A stretch of DNA of 59,337 nucleotides, filler included. It is 6 parts of 6 records of this genome, joined end to end, with 100 filler letters (N's around TTAATTAATTAA, not from the genome) between each part and the next. Parts side by side here need not be neighbours in the genome. Positions count along the whole stretch, not along the records: positions 37,314 to 53,988 come from SRR2962707_4560; 5 more parts are not named here. The stretch is one strand, 5' to 3'. The position numbers were made by a program, and so were the translations under genes. A model generated the notes under the pieces. That model saw nothing but the letters and a program-made list of their open reading frames with translations, was not told where the DNA came from and searched no databases. Of the stretch, positions 42,049 through 51,714 are shown piece by piece (position 1 is the first letter of the stretch; every line of letters begins with the position of its first letter).

Positions 42049-42074
42049 AGTCGGCTTTTTAGCCGACTTTTTTT
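42049..42074 (+). terminator. Rho-independent terminator with U-tract on the + strand
   Basis: AGTCGGCT-TTTT-AGCCGACT-TTTTTT. Confidence 0.75.
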
Positions 42075-42079
42075 GTCTT

Positions 42080-45000
42080 CTAGTCAGCCAATACGCGCGC
42101 CGATGGGAATGTTATTTCAATAGAAGTGCCTTTGCCTGGCTCAGATGAAATTTCAAATTCCGCGCGGTTTGCTTCTACCAATGCTTTGGTGAGGGGAAGT
42201 CCAAGCCCTGTGCCATCATTTTGCCCCCGCTCACGCGTCGCAATTTGCTGGAATGGACGCATAGCCGTTTCAATTTCACGCGGCGACATGCCAATGCCGG
42301 AATCGCGAATGCGCAAGATAACCGCACCGCTGCTGGTATATTTGGTCGAGACAACCACTTGCCCGCCGCTTTGCGTAAAGCGAATTGCGTTGCTCAAAAG
42401 GTTCAAGACAATTTGTTTGACTGATCGAAGGTCAGCGACAACGGGCGGCAAGGTGCTGTCCATGGACGAACGAACAATAATGCCATTTCGGTTCGCCTGC
42501 GGCTGCACCATAGAAATGGCGTCCTCAGTGGCTTCGTTCAGTAGCACGCTTTCAAAAGAAAGATCTTGCTCTCCCGCTTCAATTTTGGATATGTCCAAAA
42601 GATCGTTGACCAGATCGAGCACGTGGCGACCAGATTTATTGATATCAACCAAATAATCTTTGTACTTGGCATTATCTATTGGCCCAAAACGCTCTTCAGT
42701 CATCAATTCTGAAAAGCCGATAATCGCATTGAGCGGTGTGCGGATTTCATGGCTGATTTTAGCAAGAAAATCTGACTTGGTGCTCGATGCTTCTTCAGCC
42801 AGCGTCTTTGCTTCCTGCAGCGCTTGTTCGGTCTGCTTCCAAGCCGTTACATCGCGCAATACCGCGCAATATCCGTTTGATGTTGGCAGGCGGCCAATGG
42901 TCATGAAGACTGGAATAAACCCACCATTTTGCTCACGGGCTAACACTTCGCGGCCTTCATTTAATAGGCTCTCAACCCCATTGTTTGAAAACCCGTTTAA
43001 ATAATCCATCGCTGCGCGTTGGCTTTCATTGGCAAAAAGAATTGAGAATGATTTGCCGCGCACATCACCATCAGAAAAGCCAAAGAGCGCCGCTGCCGAA
43101 CTATTGAGCGAACGAATGGCGCCGTCTTGGCCAATAACAACAACGCCGTCTGTTGCTGTATCCAAAATAGCGCGCATTTCTGCAATTTCATCAAATGCTG
43201 CCATGGCATCATCAGAAGAAAGAGCTGTAGAATTTTCTGCCAATTCAGGCAAATCTTCGCCGTCATCAACTTCTTCTTCTTCGACCGCCGGCTGAGGCTC
43301 AAATGCAAACATCAGCGCTTTGCTGCCAAGCCAAGGCACGAGTTGTAGATGGGCGCGTGCTAAAATAGCTGTGCCATCCGCATCGATAATGCTCAGGCTT
43401 CTGTCGTCTTGCGATGTGTCGCCTTCAAGTTCTGCATCTTCATGGCCAAATAGGCTGCTCAAGCCGCGATCATTAAGTGCTGCGACATCGCTATAGCCGC
43501 TCATCGCGCAAAATGATTTGTTGCCATAAAGCGCTGTTTCGCCGCGCACGATAAGCAGCGGCAATGGCAAAGCGTCTAATTCATCCGGTCCAAGGCCAGC
43601 GGCGGCTGCTTCGTCGTAGCTGTCATCTTCGTCATTTTCATCGTCGTCTTGCGCGCCGAGCACTTCGCCAATGCGTTTAAACGCATCAGCAGCACTGTCG
43701 TCCAAACCAGCCTGCGCTTTACGAACATGCGATACAGTTTCTTCAGCCGTTGGCTCTATTTCTGCCTCAGCTTGATTTTCCGGTTCGTCCTGATTTTCCA
43801 GTTCATTGGGATTGTTAAAATCCACCTCATCGTCGAGGTCTTCCGGATTAATCAAATCCTGCTTGCGGCGAAGCGGCACCATTTTAGACGAATGGATCGC
43901 AGGCATTTCGCCGCGGAACGGATCTTTATCATAGGTCGGCTCGTCATAAAGCTCATCGTCTTCAAACGATGTTCCGTTGGCCTCTAACGGTGCATCATCT
44001 TCATCATCAAAAATATCGTCATTGGCATCATCATCGCCATCGTCATGATCGTAGAAATCAGAAGACTGCGCCTCTAATTCATCTTCTGCCGGTTCATCGC
44101 TTTGTGTTTCTGAGACACTTGCTTCATCGATTGGCCCGGTATTTTCGTCGGACTCATTCAAGTCGCTCGGCTGGTCGGCATCGGCTTTAAAAGCCATGCC
44201 TGCGCTGTCGGGATCAACGACTGCATCGCCCATGCGCACAACGCCGAATCCGTGATAGCCTTCAAATTCACGCGCACGATTATAATAGGGCAGGGCCGCT
44301 AAATCGACAGGCACACGCAGGTCGGTTCCTTCAACCGGCCAAAGCACAGTTTTGCCTGACCAAGTCTCATGCTTGTCCATTGATGCTTTTATGTTGCCCG
44401 AAGGATCCATCTCATAGGCGCTTAAAATGTCGTGCAGAGATTTCCCCACGACATCGCTGGAATTGGTGCCTACAGCACCGGCAAATTCTTTTGAAACATC
44501 GGTAAAGTGACCGTGTTCATCGGTTTTCCAAACAAATCGCACGGGGCCCCTACTATATTTCTTGCGTCGACCGGTTTCTTTATCGATGGTTTTGAGCGCC
44601 GCTTCAATCTCATCGTCGTCATACTGATTAGTGTTGAATGCAAGTGAGGGTGTATCAACTGTCTTGATAAACACAGTGCGCGATTGAGGCTTGGCCTCTT
44701 CTTCACTTTCCTCAGCTTCTGGTGGGATATCATCCATTGTCAGCCCAACATCTAAATCTGAAGCCATGAGCAATTCAAGATCTGCTTCTGGGTCGTCGAT
44801 AGCATCCGTCTCTACATTGGCTTCTTCATCTGTATCCATTGCAACAATGAGGTTGCGCACCGGATTTTCGCTCAAGCGGCCAATGCCAATCGCTACGGGG
44901 CTTTTTCCTTCGCCGCGGTCGACGAGGCGTTTAATAAGACGATCATCTTCGTTGATAATATCGGCGCTAAGTTTTTCGAGCGCAGCGCTTGGAATCTTAA

Positions 45001-45499
45001 GTGCACTAAACAGCGGGCCGTTCGCAATCAACACACCGTTAGGACCGGTAATCGCAGCGCCTGCACCATCAGCTTCAAGCCCAGCAATTGAGTCCTGCGC
45101 TAGTTTCACATCATCATCTTCTGGCGTTGTCCGCTCAAGAACAATCAACACAACTTCTACATTGTGCTTGCGCAGTGCGATGATTTGCATGTGCGCTTGC
45201 GCCAGGCCGCTCGTGATGCCCGCGGCAACCCTGAGCAACATCGCCTGTGGACGTTTTGGTGATCGCGCAGCTGCGGCGCGCAACTGGCGCAGTGTCGCGC
45301 TGAAAGGCTCAAGACCTGCCGTTAAAAAGCTGCCTATCGCTTTGTGATTGAATAGTTGCGCTGCAGCACCATTAGCCCAGATAACATTTTCGATATCGCG
45401 ATCAAAAATAATCGCGGCTTTGCCGTCAAGCATAGCTTCGCGCACCGCATCTTGAACTGCGATGTCAATAAATGGAATTTGAGCACTACTCTTGGTCAT
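42080..45499 (-). CDS. pdhS: PAS histidine kinase PdhS (PleC/DivJ homologue)
   Basis: N-terminal PFIDIAV..VIWANG, PVRFVWKTD, PVDLAALP, H-box SHEIRTPLNAIIGFSE, GTGLGLPL, terminal RVLAD. Confidence 0.85.
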   Translation of the reverse strand: MTKSSAQIPFIDIAVQDAVREAMLDGKAAIIFDRDIENVIWANGAAAQLFNHKAIGSFLTAGLEPFSATLRQLRAAAARSPKRPQAMLLRVAAGITSGLAQAHMQIIALRKHNVEVVLIVLERTTPEDDDVKLAQDSIAGLEADGAGAAITGPNGVLIANGPLFSALKIPSAALEKLSADIINEDDRLIKRLVDRGEGKSPVAIGIGRLSENPVRNLIVAMDTDEEANVETDAIDDPEADLELLMASDLDVGLTMDDIPPEAEESEEEAKPQSRTVFIKTVDTPSLAFNTNQYDDDEIEAALKTIDKETGRRKKYSRGPVRFVWKTDEHGHFTDVSKEFAGAVGTNSSDVVGKSLHDILSAYEMDPSGNIKASMDKHETWSGKTVLWPVEGTDLRVPVDLAALPYYNRAREFEGYHGFGVVRMGDAVVDPDSAGMAFKADADQPSDLNESDENTGPIDEASVSETQSDEPAEDELEAQSSDFYDHDDGDDDANDDIFDDEDDAPLEANGTSFEDDELYDEPTYDKDPFRGEMPAIHSSKMVPLRRKQDLINPEDLDDEVDFNNPNELENQDEPENQAEAEIEPTAEETVSHVRKAQAGLDDSAADAFKRIGEVLGAQDDDENDEDDSYDEAAAAGLGPDELDALPLPLLIVRGETALYGNKSFCAMSGYSDVAALNDRGLSSLFGHEDAELEGDTSQDDRSLSIIDADGTAILARAHLQLVPWLGSKALMFAFEPQPAVEEEEVDDGEDLPELAENSTALSSDDAMAAFDEIAEMRAILDTATDGVVVIGQDGAIRSLNSSAAALFGFSDGDVRGKSFSILFANESQRAAMDYLNGFSNNGVESLLNEGREVLAREQNGGFIPVFMTIGRLPTSNGYCAVLRDVTAWKQTEQALQEAKTLAEEASSTKSDFLAKISHEIRTPLNAIIGFSELMTEERFGPIDNAKYKDYLVDINKSGRHVLDLVNDLLDISKIEAGEQDLSFESVLLNEATEDAISMVQPQANRNGIIVRSSMDSTLPPVVADLRSVKQIVLNLLSNAIRFTQSGGQVVVSTKYTSSGAVILRIRDSGIGMSPREIETAMRPFQQIATRERGQNDGTGLGLPLTKALVEANRAEFEISSEPGKGTSIEITFPSARVLAD

Positions 45500-45521
45500 T
45501 TCGCCTAAACGGCCTCTCAAA

Positions 45522-45541
45522 GAGTCTTAACAAACACTTAA
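45522..45541. promoter_or_regulatory. CtrA box (TTAA-N7-TTAA) with an abutting GANTC CcrM site upstream of pdhS
   Basis: GAGTC 45522-45526 then TTAA-CAAACAC-TTAA 45527-45541. Confidence 0.75.
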
Positions 45542-45776
45542 TTGCCAAATTGTGGCACCTGCGTCTAGTTGCAACGGCTGTTTCGTTAAACCGATTGGCA
45601 TTACAGTTAATAAGAATTGCGACATTCACAACAATTTACCGCAAATAATGCCATATAAATCTGTAAAAATCGCCAATAGGGCGCTGAGAGCGATTTATTT
45701 GCCAATGAATTGAATTCAGTTGCCAGATACTCTTGCATTGTCGCGCGCTTCGCATTAATCCACGTTTCGTTGGTCT

Positions 45777-45853
45777 GCGGATGTAGCTCAGTTGGTTAGA
45801 GCGCTGGATTGTGGCTTCAGAGGTCGGTGGTTCAAATCCACCCATTCGTACCA
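45777..45853 (+). tRNA. tRNA-His (GTG)
   Basis: Cloverleaf: GCGGATG/CATTCGT acceptor stem, TAGCTCAGTTGGTTAGAGC D-arm, CTGGA-TTGTGGC-TTCAG anticodon arm, GTTCAAATC T-loop, encoded CCA. Confidence 0.97.
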
Positions 45854-45875
45854 CCAACAATTTTTACCCCAAATA

Positions 45876-47483
45876 TTAGAATAATGAGCCTTGGTTTGTG
45901 GGGCCGGATTTTGGCTTTTCTGGGTCCTTCGGTTTTGGGTTTGCTTCTTTCAGTTGTGATGGCATTGCTTTGCCCGTCCCATTGGCAAGAACGGCCATGC
46001 GGTCATCGCCGCTAAATTGAATTTTCAACTCCTGACCCTTTGCGATGCCTTTTGAACCGCGCACTGGCGCGCCTTGTGCATCCCAAACCAGCGCAAAGCC
46101 GCGATCCAAAATCCGCTCATAAGAAACTGACTTTAAAAGCTTGTCAGCCTGCGTAAACGCGTTGACCTTATTGGTCATGATCCGCGATTGCGCCAGCGTT
46201 GAACGCTGCGTTGCATTGCCAAGGCGTTCACGACCGCGCTGCGCAGTGCGCATTATTACGTCAGTTGAAAGCCGCGCTGCTCTATAGCCCAGCTCACGGC
46301 GATGGGTTTGAAGGCCGCGTTGCAAGGCGTTGGGCAAAGTTTGTGAAAGCCGGGTCACATCATCGCGTAGGCGGTCTGTCCGCTGCACGAGACGGGCAGG
46401 GCTCAGGCCCGCATTAGCTGTTGTCAGTCGTGAGCGCCGATTGACTGTGTATCGATCAAGCGCATGAGTTAAGCGCACTTGGCTTGCATCAAGGCGTTGG
46501 CGCGGCAGCGCAAGCAATCCGTCTGGCTGCGGCAATGCGCGTGTTAAACCGCGCAGTCGGTCGCGCTTTTGATCTGTCGCGCGGCTAAGGCCAGCGCGAA
46601 GCCGCGCAGAAAGCTGCGCCACACGGGCAACCAGTTCTGCTTGAACCGGCACAGCAATTTCTGCCGCGCCTGTCGGCGTTGGCGCGCGCACATCGGCTGC
46701 ATAGTCTACCAGCGTTGTATCGGTTTCATGGCCAACCGCTGAAATGACCGGCAGGTCTGATTCGGCAACCGCGCGGACTACAACTTCCTCGTTAAAGCCC
46801 CATAGATCTTCCAAGCTGCCGCCGCCGCGGGCAACAATCAAAAGATCGGGCTTCGCAATGCCGTTCGAGCCATCCAGCGCGTTAAAGCCGCGGACCGCAT
46901 TGGCAACCTCATTGGCCGATGTTTCACCCTGAACCCGCACGGGCCAGACAATGACATGGCATGGAAAGCGGTCTGAAAGCCGGTGCAAAATATCACGAAT
47001 AACCGCGCCCGTTGGCGATGTGACTACGCCAATGACTTTCGGCATATAGGGCAGCAATTGCTTGCGCGCCGGATCAAAAAGTCCCTCGGCTTCTAATTTG
47101 CGTTTGCGTTCAGCAAGTAGCGCCATCAACGCGCCTTCGCCCGCCGGTTCAATATTGTCGATAATCAGCTGATATTTAGATTGCCCAGGAAAAGTGGTTA
47201 TTTTCCCTGTTGCGATGACTTCTAAGCCCTCTTCGGGCTGCACCACCATTTTAGAAACAGCACCCTTCCAGATAACAGCCGCTAAAACCGAGCGATCATC
47301 TTTAAGGTCCAAATATATATGGCCAGACGCAGGACGGCTGACGCGGCCCAATTCGCCGCGCACGCGCACGCGGCCATAAACGTCTTCCATCGTCCGCTTA
47401 ATGGAGCCGGACAATTCGGTGACAGAATATTCGGCCACATTGGAAGGGGCGCTATCGGGTTCGTCTGAAAAAATATCACTCAT
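45876..47483 (-). CDS. xseA: Exodeoxyribonuclease VII large subunit
   Basis: SGHIYLDLKD, VTSPTGAVIRDI, ARGGGSLEDLW, SAVGHETD, APTPTGAAE. Confidence 0.96.
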   Translation of the reverse strand: MSDIFSDEPDSAPSNVAEYSVTELSGSIKRTMEDVYGRVRVRGELGRVSRPASGHIYLDLKDDRSVLAAVIWKGAVSKMVVQPEEGLEVIATGKITTFPGQSKYQLIIDNIEPAGEGALMALLAERKRKLEAEGLFDPARKQLLPYMPKVIGVVTSPTGAVIRDILHRLSDRFPCHVIVWPVRVQGETSANEVANAVRGFNALDGSNGIAKPDLLIVARGGGSLEDLWGFNEEVVVRAVAESDLPVISAVGHETDTTLVDYAADVRAPTPTGAAEIAVPVQAELVARVAQLSARLRAGLSRATDQKRDRLRGLTRALPQPDGLLALPRQRLDASQVRLTHALDRYTVNRRSRLTTANAGLSPARLVQRTDRLRDDVTRLSQTLPNALQRGLQTHRRELGYRAARLSTDVIMRTAQRGRERLGNATQRSTLAQSRIMTNKVNAFTQADKLLKSVSYERILDRGFALVWDAQGAPVRGSKGIAKGQELKIQFSGDDRMAVLANGTGKAMPSQLKEANPKPKDPEKPKSGPTNQGSLF

Positions 47484-48250
47484 TAGCGGCGGCGCTGCAT
47501 GCCATCTAAAAATTGATCGAAGATGGAATCAACCGACGTCTGATAATTGGCTTCTGGCTCAGGCCCTGTATTGAGCATGTCGCCAAATATATCGCCAATT
47601 GAATTGTCTTGCTGCTGCGTTTTCGGCTGAGCGCGCGGCGCTGCCTTTTGGCCGCCACCAAGCAAGCCACCTAATATGTCGCCAAGCGGATTATTGCCCG
47701 ATGATCGCGATGAACCGCCACCGCCAAGAAGCCCGCCCAAAATATCGCCCAATGGGTTTGAGCCGCCAGATGATCTCTGGTTCATCACTTGGCCAAGCAC
47801 TTGCCCAAGAATACCGCCACCACCTGAGTGTGCGTTTGCTGATTGCTTAAACAAGCTGCCCATGATCATCGATGCGATGACGGGTAGCATTTGTTTGAGG
47901 ATATCCGAGCTAATGCCCGTTGATTGTGATGCACGCGCAGCCACAGCGCGGCTCACATCTTTTGAACCGAACACATGGCCCAAAATGCCATTGCCTTCTT
48001 CTATGCCTTCGGGCGCGAGCGCGTTCGACACATCATCATGATATTTCTCGTGCTGACCGCTGGAAAGCGCAGCGAGCAAGCCGCCCAAACCATCGCTGCT
48101 AGCCGCATTGCGTTTAAGGCCTGTTGTGAAAGCAGGCGCGAGAGCCGCAATTGCTTGCTGTGTTTGCGCTGTTGTGAGGCCAAACTGTTTTGACATTTGG
48201 TCGACAGCATCGCCGCCTTGTGCTTGCAATAACATATCAATGAGTGACAT
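47483..48250 (-). CDS. DUF937 domain protein
   Basis: GNGILGHVFGSKDVSRAVA, LKQMLP; Gly-rich NPLGDILGGLLGGG repeated twice. Confidence 0.8.
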   Translation of the reverse strand: MSLIDMLLQAQGGDAVDQMSKQFGLTTAQTQQAIAALAPAFTTGLKRNAASSDGLGGLLAALSSGQHEKYHDDVSNALAPEGIEEGNGILGHVFGSKDVSRAVAARASQSTGISSDILKQMLPVIASMIMGSLFKQSANAHSGGGGILGQVLGQVMNQRSSGGSNPLGDILGGLLGGGGSSRSSGNNPLGDILGGLLGGGQKAAPRAQPKTQQQDNSIGDIFGDMLNTGPEPEANYQTSVDSIFDQFLDGMQRRR

Positions 48251-48329
48251 GGGGAACTCCATTTGTTGGCTTAAAGTTACCACATGACGAACCTGCGGCA
48301 AGGTACGAATTTGAAAAATGGGTGCCATT

Positions 48330-49217
48330 TCATTGTGACAGAAGCATATCGACAACTTTCGCCAGCACAGAGCCTGAAACGAGCGCTTTTGCTGTTTCTA
48401 GCGCCATGATGCGTGGCAGCGAAACTTCCATTTCAAATGGCGCAACCAAGGCTCCGTTATCGATTAATGGACGCACCAATGCACCATGGCCCATTAGAAT
48501 GCCTGCACCATTTTTGCACTCTTCAAGCGCCAGCGCATAAAGCGAATATTCCGGCCCGCTCTTATTCAGGCGTTGATCGGGCGCAGCCTTGGCAAGCCAG
48601 ATACCCCAATCATCTTTCCACGTCGAATCATGCAAAAATACTTCATCGGCCAAATCATCAACGTTTTTTAACCGTGTCGCGATTTCCGGCGCACAGACAG
48701 GAAAAATCATATCCTCGGCAATGCTGATCTTTTTACCTGAAGGCTTTCTGGCGCTTGCTTCATAAAAAATCGCCAGATCGAATGGCTCACGTTTCATGTT
48801 TGGACGTTGTTCAAGCGCGTTGACGGAAATCGAAACATCCGGCATGGCGCTGCGAATATGCGGCAAGCGCGGCGATAACCATAATTGCGCAATGCTGGGC
48901 AGGGTCGCGATGCGCACCTCATGCGGCGCGGCCTTGGCACGAAGCTTTTGCACTGCCGCGCCCAGCGCGTCGAAGGCAAAGGTGAATTCGTTCAAAACCC
49001 CCGCGCCAAGCGGCGTTAATTCTACACCCTGCGCATTGCGCTTGAGTAATTTCGCACCCGCCCACGCTTCCAGCGCTTTAATATGCTGTGCAACCGCCGC
49101 TGGTGTAACGCTCAATTCTTCCGCGCCAGCCGAAATACTCGAAAGTCGTGCCGCTGCTTCAAAAGCACGCAAAGCATTGAGCGAAGGCATGGAAGGGCGC
49201 GGCGGTGAAACGGACAT
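48330..49217 (-). CDS. LysR family regulator (GcvA-like)
   Basis: PSLNALRAFEAAAR..AEELSVTPAAVAQHIKALE HTH; divergent from the PLP enzyme. Confidence 0.92.
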   Translation of the reverse strand: MSVSPPRPSMPSLNALRAFEAAARLSSISAGAEELSVTPAAVAQHIKALEAWAGAKLLKRNAQGVELTPLGAGVLNEFTFAFDALGAAVQKLRAKAAPHEVRIATLPSIAQLWLSPRLPHIRSAMPDVSISVNALEQRPNMKREPFDLAIFYEASARKPSGKKISIAEDMIFPVCAPEIATRLKNVDDLADEVFLHDSTWKDDWGIWLAKAAPDQRLNKSGPEYSLYALALEECKNGAGILMGHGALVRPLIDNGALVAPFEMEVSLPRIMALETAKALVSGSVLAKVVDMLLSQ

Positions 49218-49315
49218 TGCTTTAACTTACCCTTAGAAAATCTACCCCTAATTATTACTAAAACTAGTTTGCGTCCACCGTCTATTCTTGCTTTTCTTTA
49301 CCCAACCTCAAGGAG

Positions 49316-50641
49316 ATGGATATGACGGCATTGGCAAAACGCAATTGGGTTCCGCAGAACTGTGAAACTTATATTCAAGATCTCGCGGCAAAGACCGCTC
49401 AAGGCGATGTTGCCTCAACGGCTGCGTGGGTTGATCAATTGGTGGCAGAAAACCGCGATATTCACGAAGCCCAGTGCTTCAATCTTAATCCAGCCACCAA
49501 TGTGATGAACCCGAAAGCCGAAGCGCTTCTAAGCTCTGGCATTGGCTCGCGCCCATCGCTTGGATATCCGGGCGATAAATATGAGATGGGCCTTGAAGCC
49601 ATTGAGCAGATCGAAGTGATCTGCGCTGAACTGTGCGCCGAAGTGTTTGATGCAAAATATGCTGAAATCCGTGTCGCATCGGGTGCATTGTCCAACATGT
49701 ATGCCTTCATGGCGATCTGTAAGCCGGGCGATGTCATCATTGCGCCGTCGGCTTCTATCGGCGGTCATGTCACCCATCACACAGGTGGTTGCGCCGGTCT
49801 ATATGGCTTGGAAATCCACGAAGCGCCGGTTAATGCCGATGGCTATACGGTTGATGTTGAGGCGCTGCGTGCGCTGGCAGTTGAACTAAAACCAAAGCTC
49901 ATCACGATTGGTGGCAGCCTTAATCTGATGCCGCATCCGGTGGCTGAAATCCGCGCAATAGCAGATCAAGTCGGCGCGAAAGTGCTTTTCGATGCCGCTC
50001 ATCAATGCGGCATTATCGCTGGCAAAGCGTGGCCAAACCCGCTTAAAGAGGGCGCCCATTTGATGACAATGAGCACCTATAAAAGCCTTGGTGGACCTGC
50101 AGGCGGGCTGATTGTGACCAATGATGCCGAGATTGCTGAAAAACTCGATGCGATTGCCTTTCCCGGTATGACCGCTAATTTTGATGCGGCCAAATCTGCG
50201 GCCTTAGCGATCACCATGCTCGATTGGAAAAGCAAAGGTGAGGCCTATGCAAAAACCATGATTGATGTCGCCCAAAGCCTTGCCAAGGAACTCGATGCGC
50301 TTGGCCTGCCGGTTTTCGGCAAGGCTCATGGCTTTACCCAGTCGCATCAATTTGCTGTTGAGGCAGCGATCTATGGCGGCGGGCAGGCGGCATCTAAAAA
50401 GCTGCGCAAGGCGGGCTTTCTTGCCTGCGGCATTGGGCTGCCGATTGCGGCGGTGGAAGGCGATATGAACGGCCTGCGTATCGGCACGCCTGAGCTTGTG
50501 CGTTGGGGCATGACAGTGGACCATACGAAAAAACTGGCTTCGCTGATCGCCCGTGGCCTCACCACCAATGATGATGCCTCATTGGCTGCTGAAGTCGCTG
50601 CGTTCCGAGGTGAGTTTATGGAACTGACATTTATCAGTTGA
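49316..50641 (+). CDS. SHMT-fold PLP enzyme, alpha-methylserine aldolase-like
   Basis: NLNPATN, GSRPSLGYPGDKYEMG, FDAAH, STYKSLGGPAGG (PLP Lys; canonical GlyA has TTHKTLRGPRGG), GLRIGTPE. Confidence 0.8.
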   Translation: MDMTALAKRNWVPQNCETYIQDLAAKTAQGDVASTAAWVDQLVAENRDIHEAQCFNLNPATNVMNPKAEALLSSGIGSRPSLGYPGDKYEMGLEAIEQIEVICAELCAEVFDAKYAEIRVASGALSNMYAFMAICKPGDVIIAPSASIGGHVTHHTGGCAGLYGLEIHEAPVNADGYTVDVEALRALAVELKPKLITIGGSLNLMPHPVAEIRAIADQVGAKVLFDAAHQCGIIAGKAWPNPLKEGAHLMTMSTYKSLGGPAGGLIVTNDAEIAEKLDAIAFPGMTANFDAAKSAALAITMLDWKSKGEAYAKTMIDVAQSLAKELDALGLPVFGKAHGFTQSHQFAVEAAIYGGGQAASKKLRKAGFLACGIGLPIAAVEGDMNGLRIGTPELVRWGMTVDHTKKLASLIARGLTTNDDASLAAEVAAFRGEFMELTFIS

Positions 50642-50774
50642 TCTCATGTGTTAGGGGGATTTTCTTGCTGCGGAAAATACGGACAAGAACCGCACAAAAA
50701 CTCAAATTAACAACTGGATTGCGAGTTTGAATCTGTGTAGCTCTAGTCAGAACTTCTAATCTCGAAAGAACCTT

Positions 50775-51557
50775 ATGGCGCGGCGCAAAACTGGAACAAA
50801 TCTACCTGCGCCGTTCCTCAAACGTATAACGCTTAAAAGCGAAATAATGGCTGAAAAGTCAGGCTATCCATTTGATTTGCCGTGGTTGCAAGATGAAGAT
50901 TTCGAGCTTCAGTTTAAAACGCCTGTAACGATTATAGTTGGCGAAAATGGAACGGGAAAATCTACTTTAATAGAAGCGATTGCGGCGCTGAGCGGCTATG
51001 ACGAAGCAGGCGGTGGCAAAGGCTATATGCCCGTTGATCACGCTGACGCGATCGACCGCAGCGGCGGCGAACTGGCCGATGCGCTGCGTGGTGCATGGTT
51101 GCCCAAAGTCACCAATGGATGGTTTTTTAAAGCTGAATCATTCTTTTCCGTCGCCCGCTATCTGGATGCGGCCGTGCTTGACGATCCATTCGATAGACCG
51201 CCGCCAGACTTTCTGTCGGCCAGCCACGGCGAAGGGTTTATCCGCTTTTTCGAAGAGCGCATGTCGCGCCAAGGCATTTATTTTCTCGATGAGCCTGAAA
51301 GTGCGCTGTCGCCCAAGCGGCAATTGGCGCTGTTGCGCGTTTTAAGCGCGATACAAGAACGCGCTCATGCGCAAGTCATCATGGCCACGCACTCGCCCAT
51401 TTTAATGGCCTTGCCCAATGCCCGCGTATTGGAAATCACGCGCTTCGGCATCAATGAGATCGACTTTCGCGACACGGTCCACTTCAAATTTTATCAATCA
51501 TTTATTGCAGACCCAGAAGACTTTATAAAAGATGCAATGGAAGAAGATGATTTTTGA
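50775..51557 (+). CDS. Stand-alone ABC/AAA ATPase (COG3910-like)
   Basis: GENGTGKST Walker A, SHGEGF signature, YFLDEPESALSP Walker B, ATHSP H-loop; no adjacent permease. Confidence 0.88.
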   Translation: MARRKTGTNLPAPFLKRITLKSEIMAEKSGYPFDLPWLQDEDFELQFKTPVTIIVGENGTGKSTLIEAIAALSGYDEAGGGKGYMPVDHADAIDRSGGELADALRGAWLPKVTNGWFFKAESFFSVARYLDAAVLDDPFDRPPPDFLSASHGEGFIRFFEERMSRQGIYFLDEPESALSPKRQLALLRVLSAIQERAHAQVIMATHSPILMALPNARVLEITRFGINEIDFRDTVHFKFYQSFIADPEDFIKDAMEEDDF

Positions 51558-51714
51558 GGAAGTATTGTTGTGTTGAAAGCCAATCAGCGACGGGTGGATG
51601 TGCTGAAATTGATTAAATATTTGGATATATTTCTAAAGAAGCGCTATCGCGAAATGGCTGTGTGGAAAATAAAGACGCGCATTAGTTTTGTTCTGTGATA
51701 TATTGTTCTAAACT

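Noticed and set aside
45777-45876. tRNA-His as an island integration site
   Set aside because: xseA ends 22 bp downstream; no integrase and no duplicated tRNA 3' end seen in the contig
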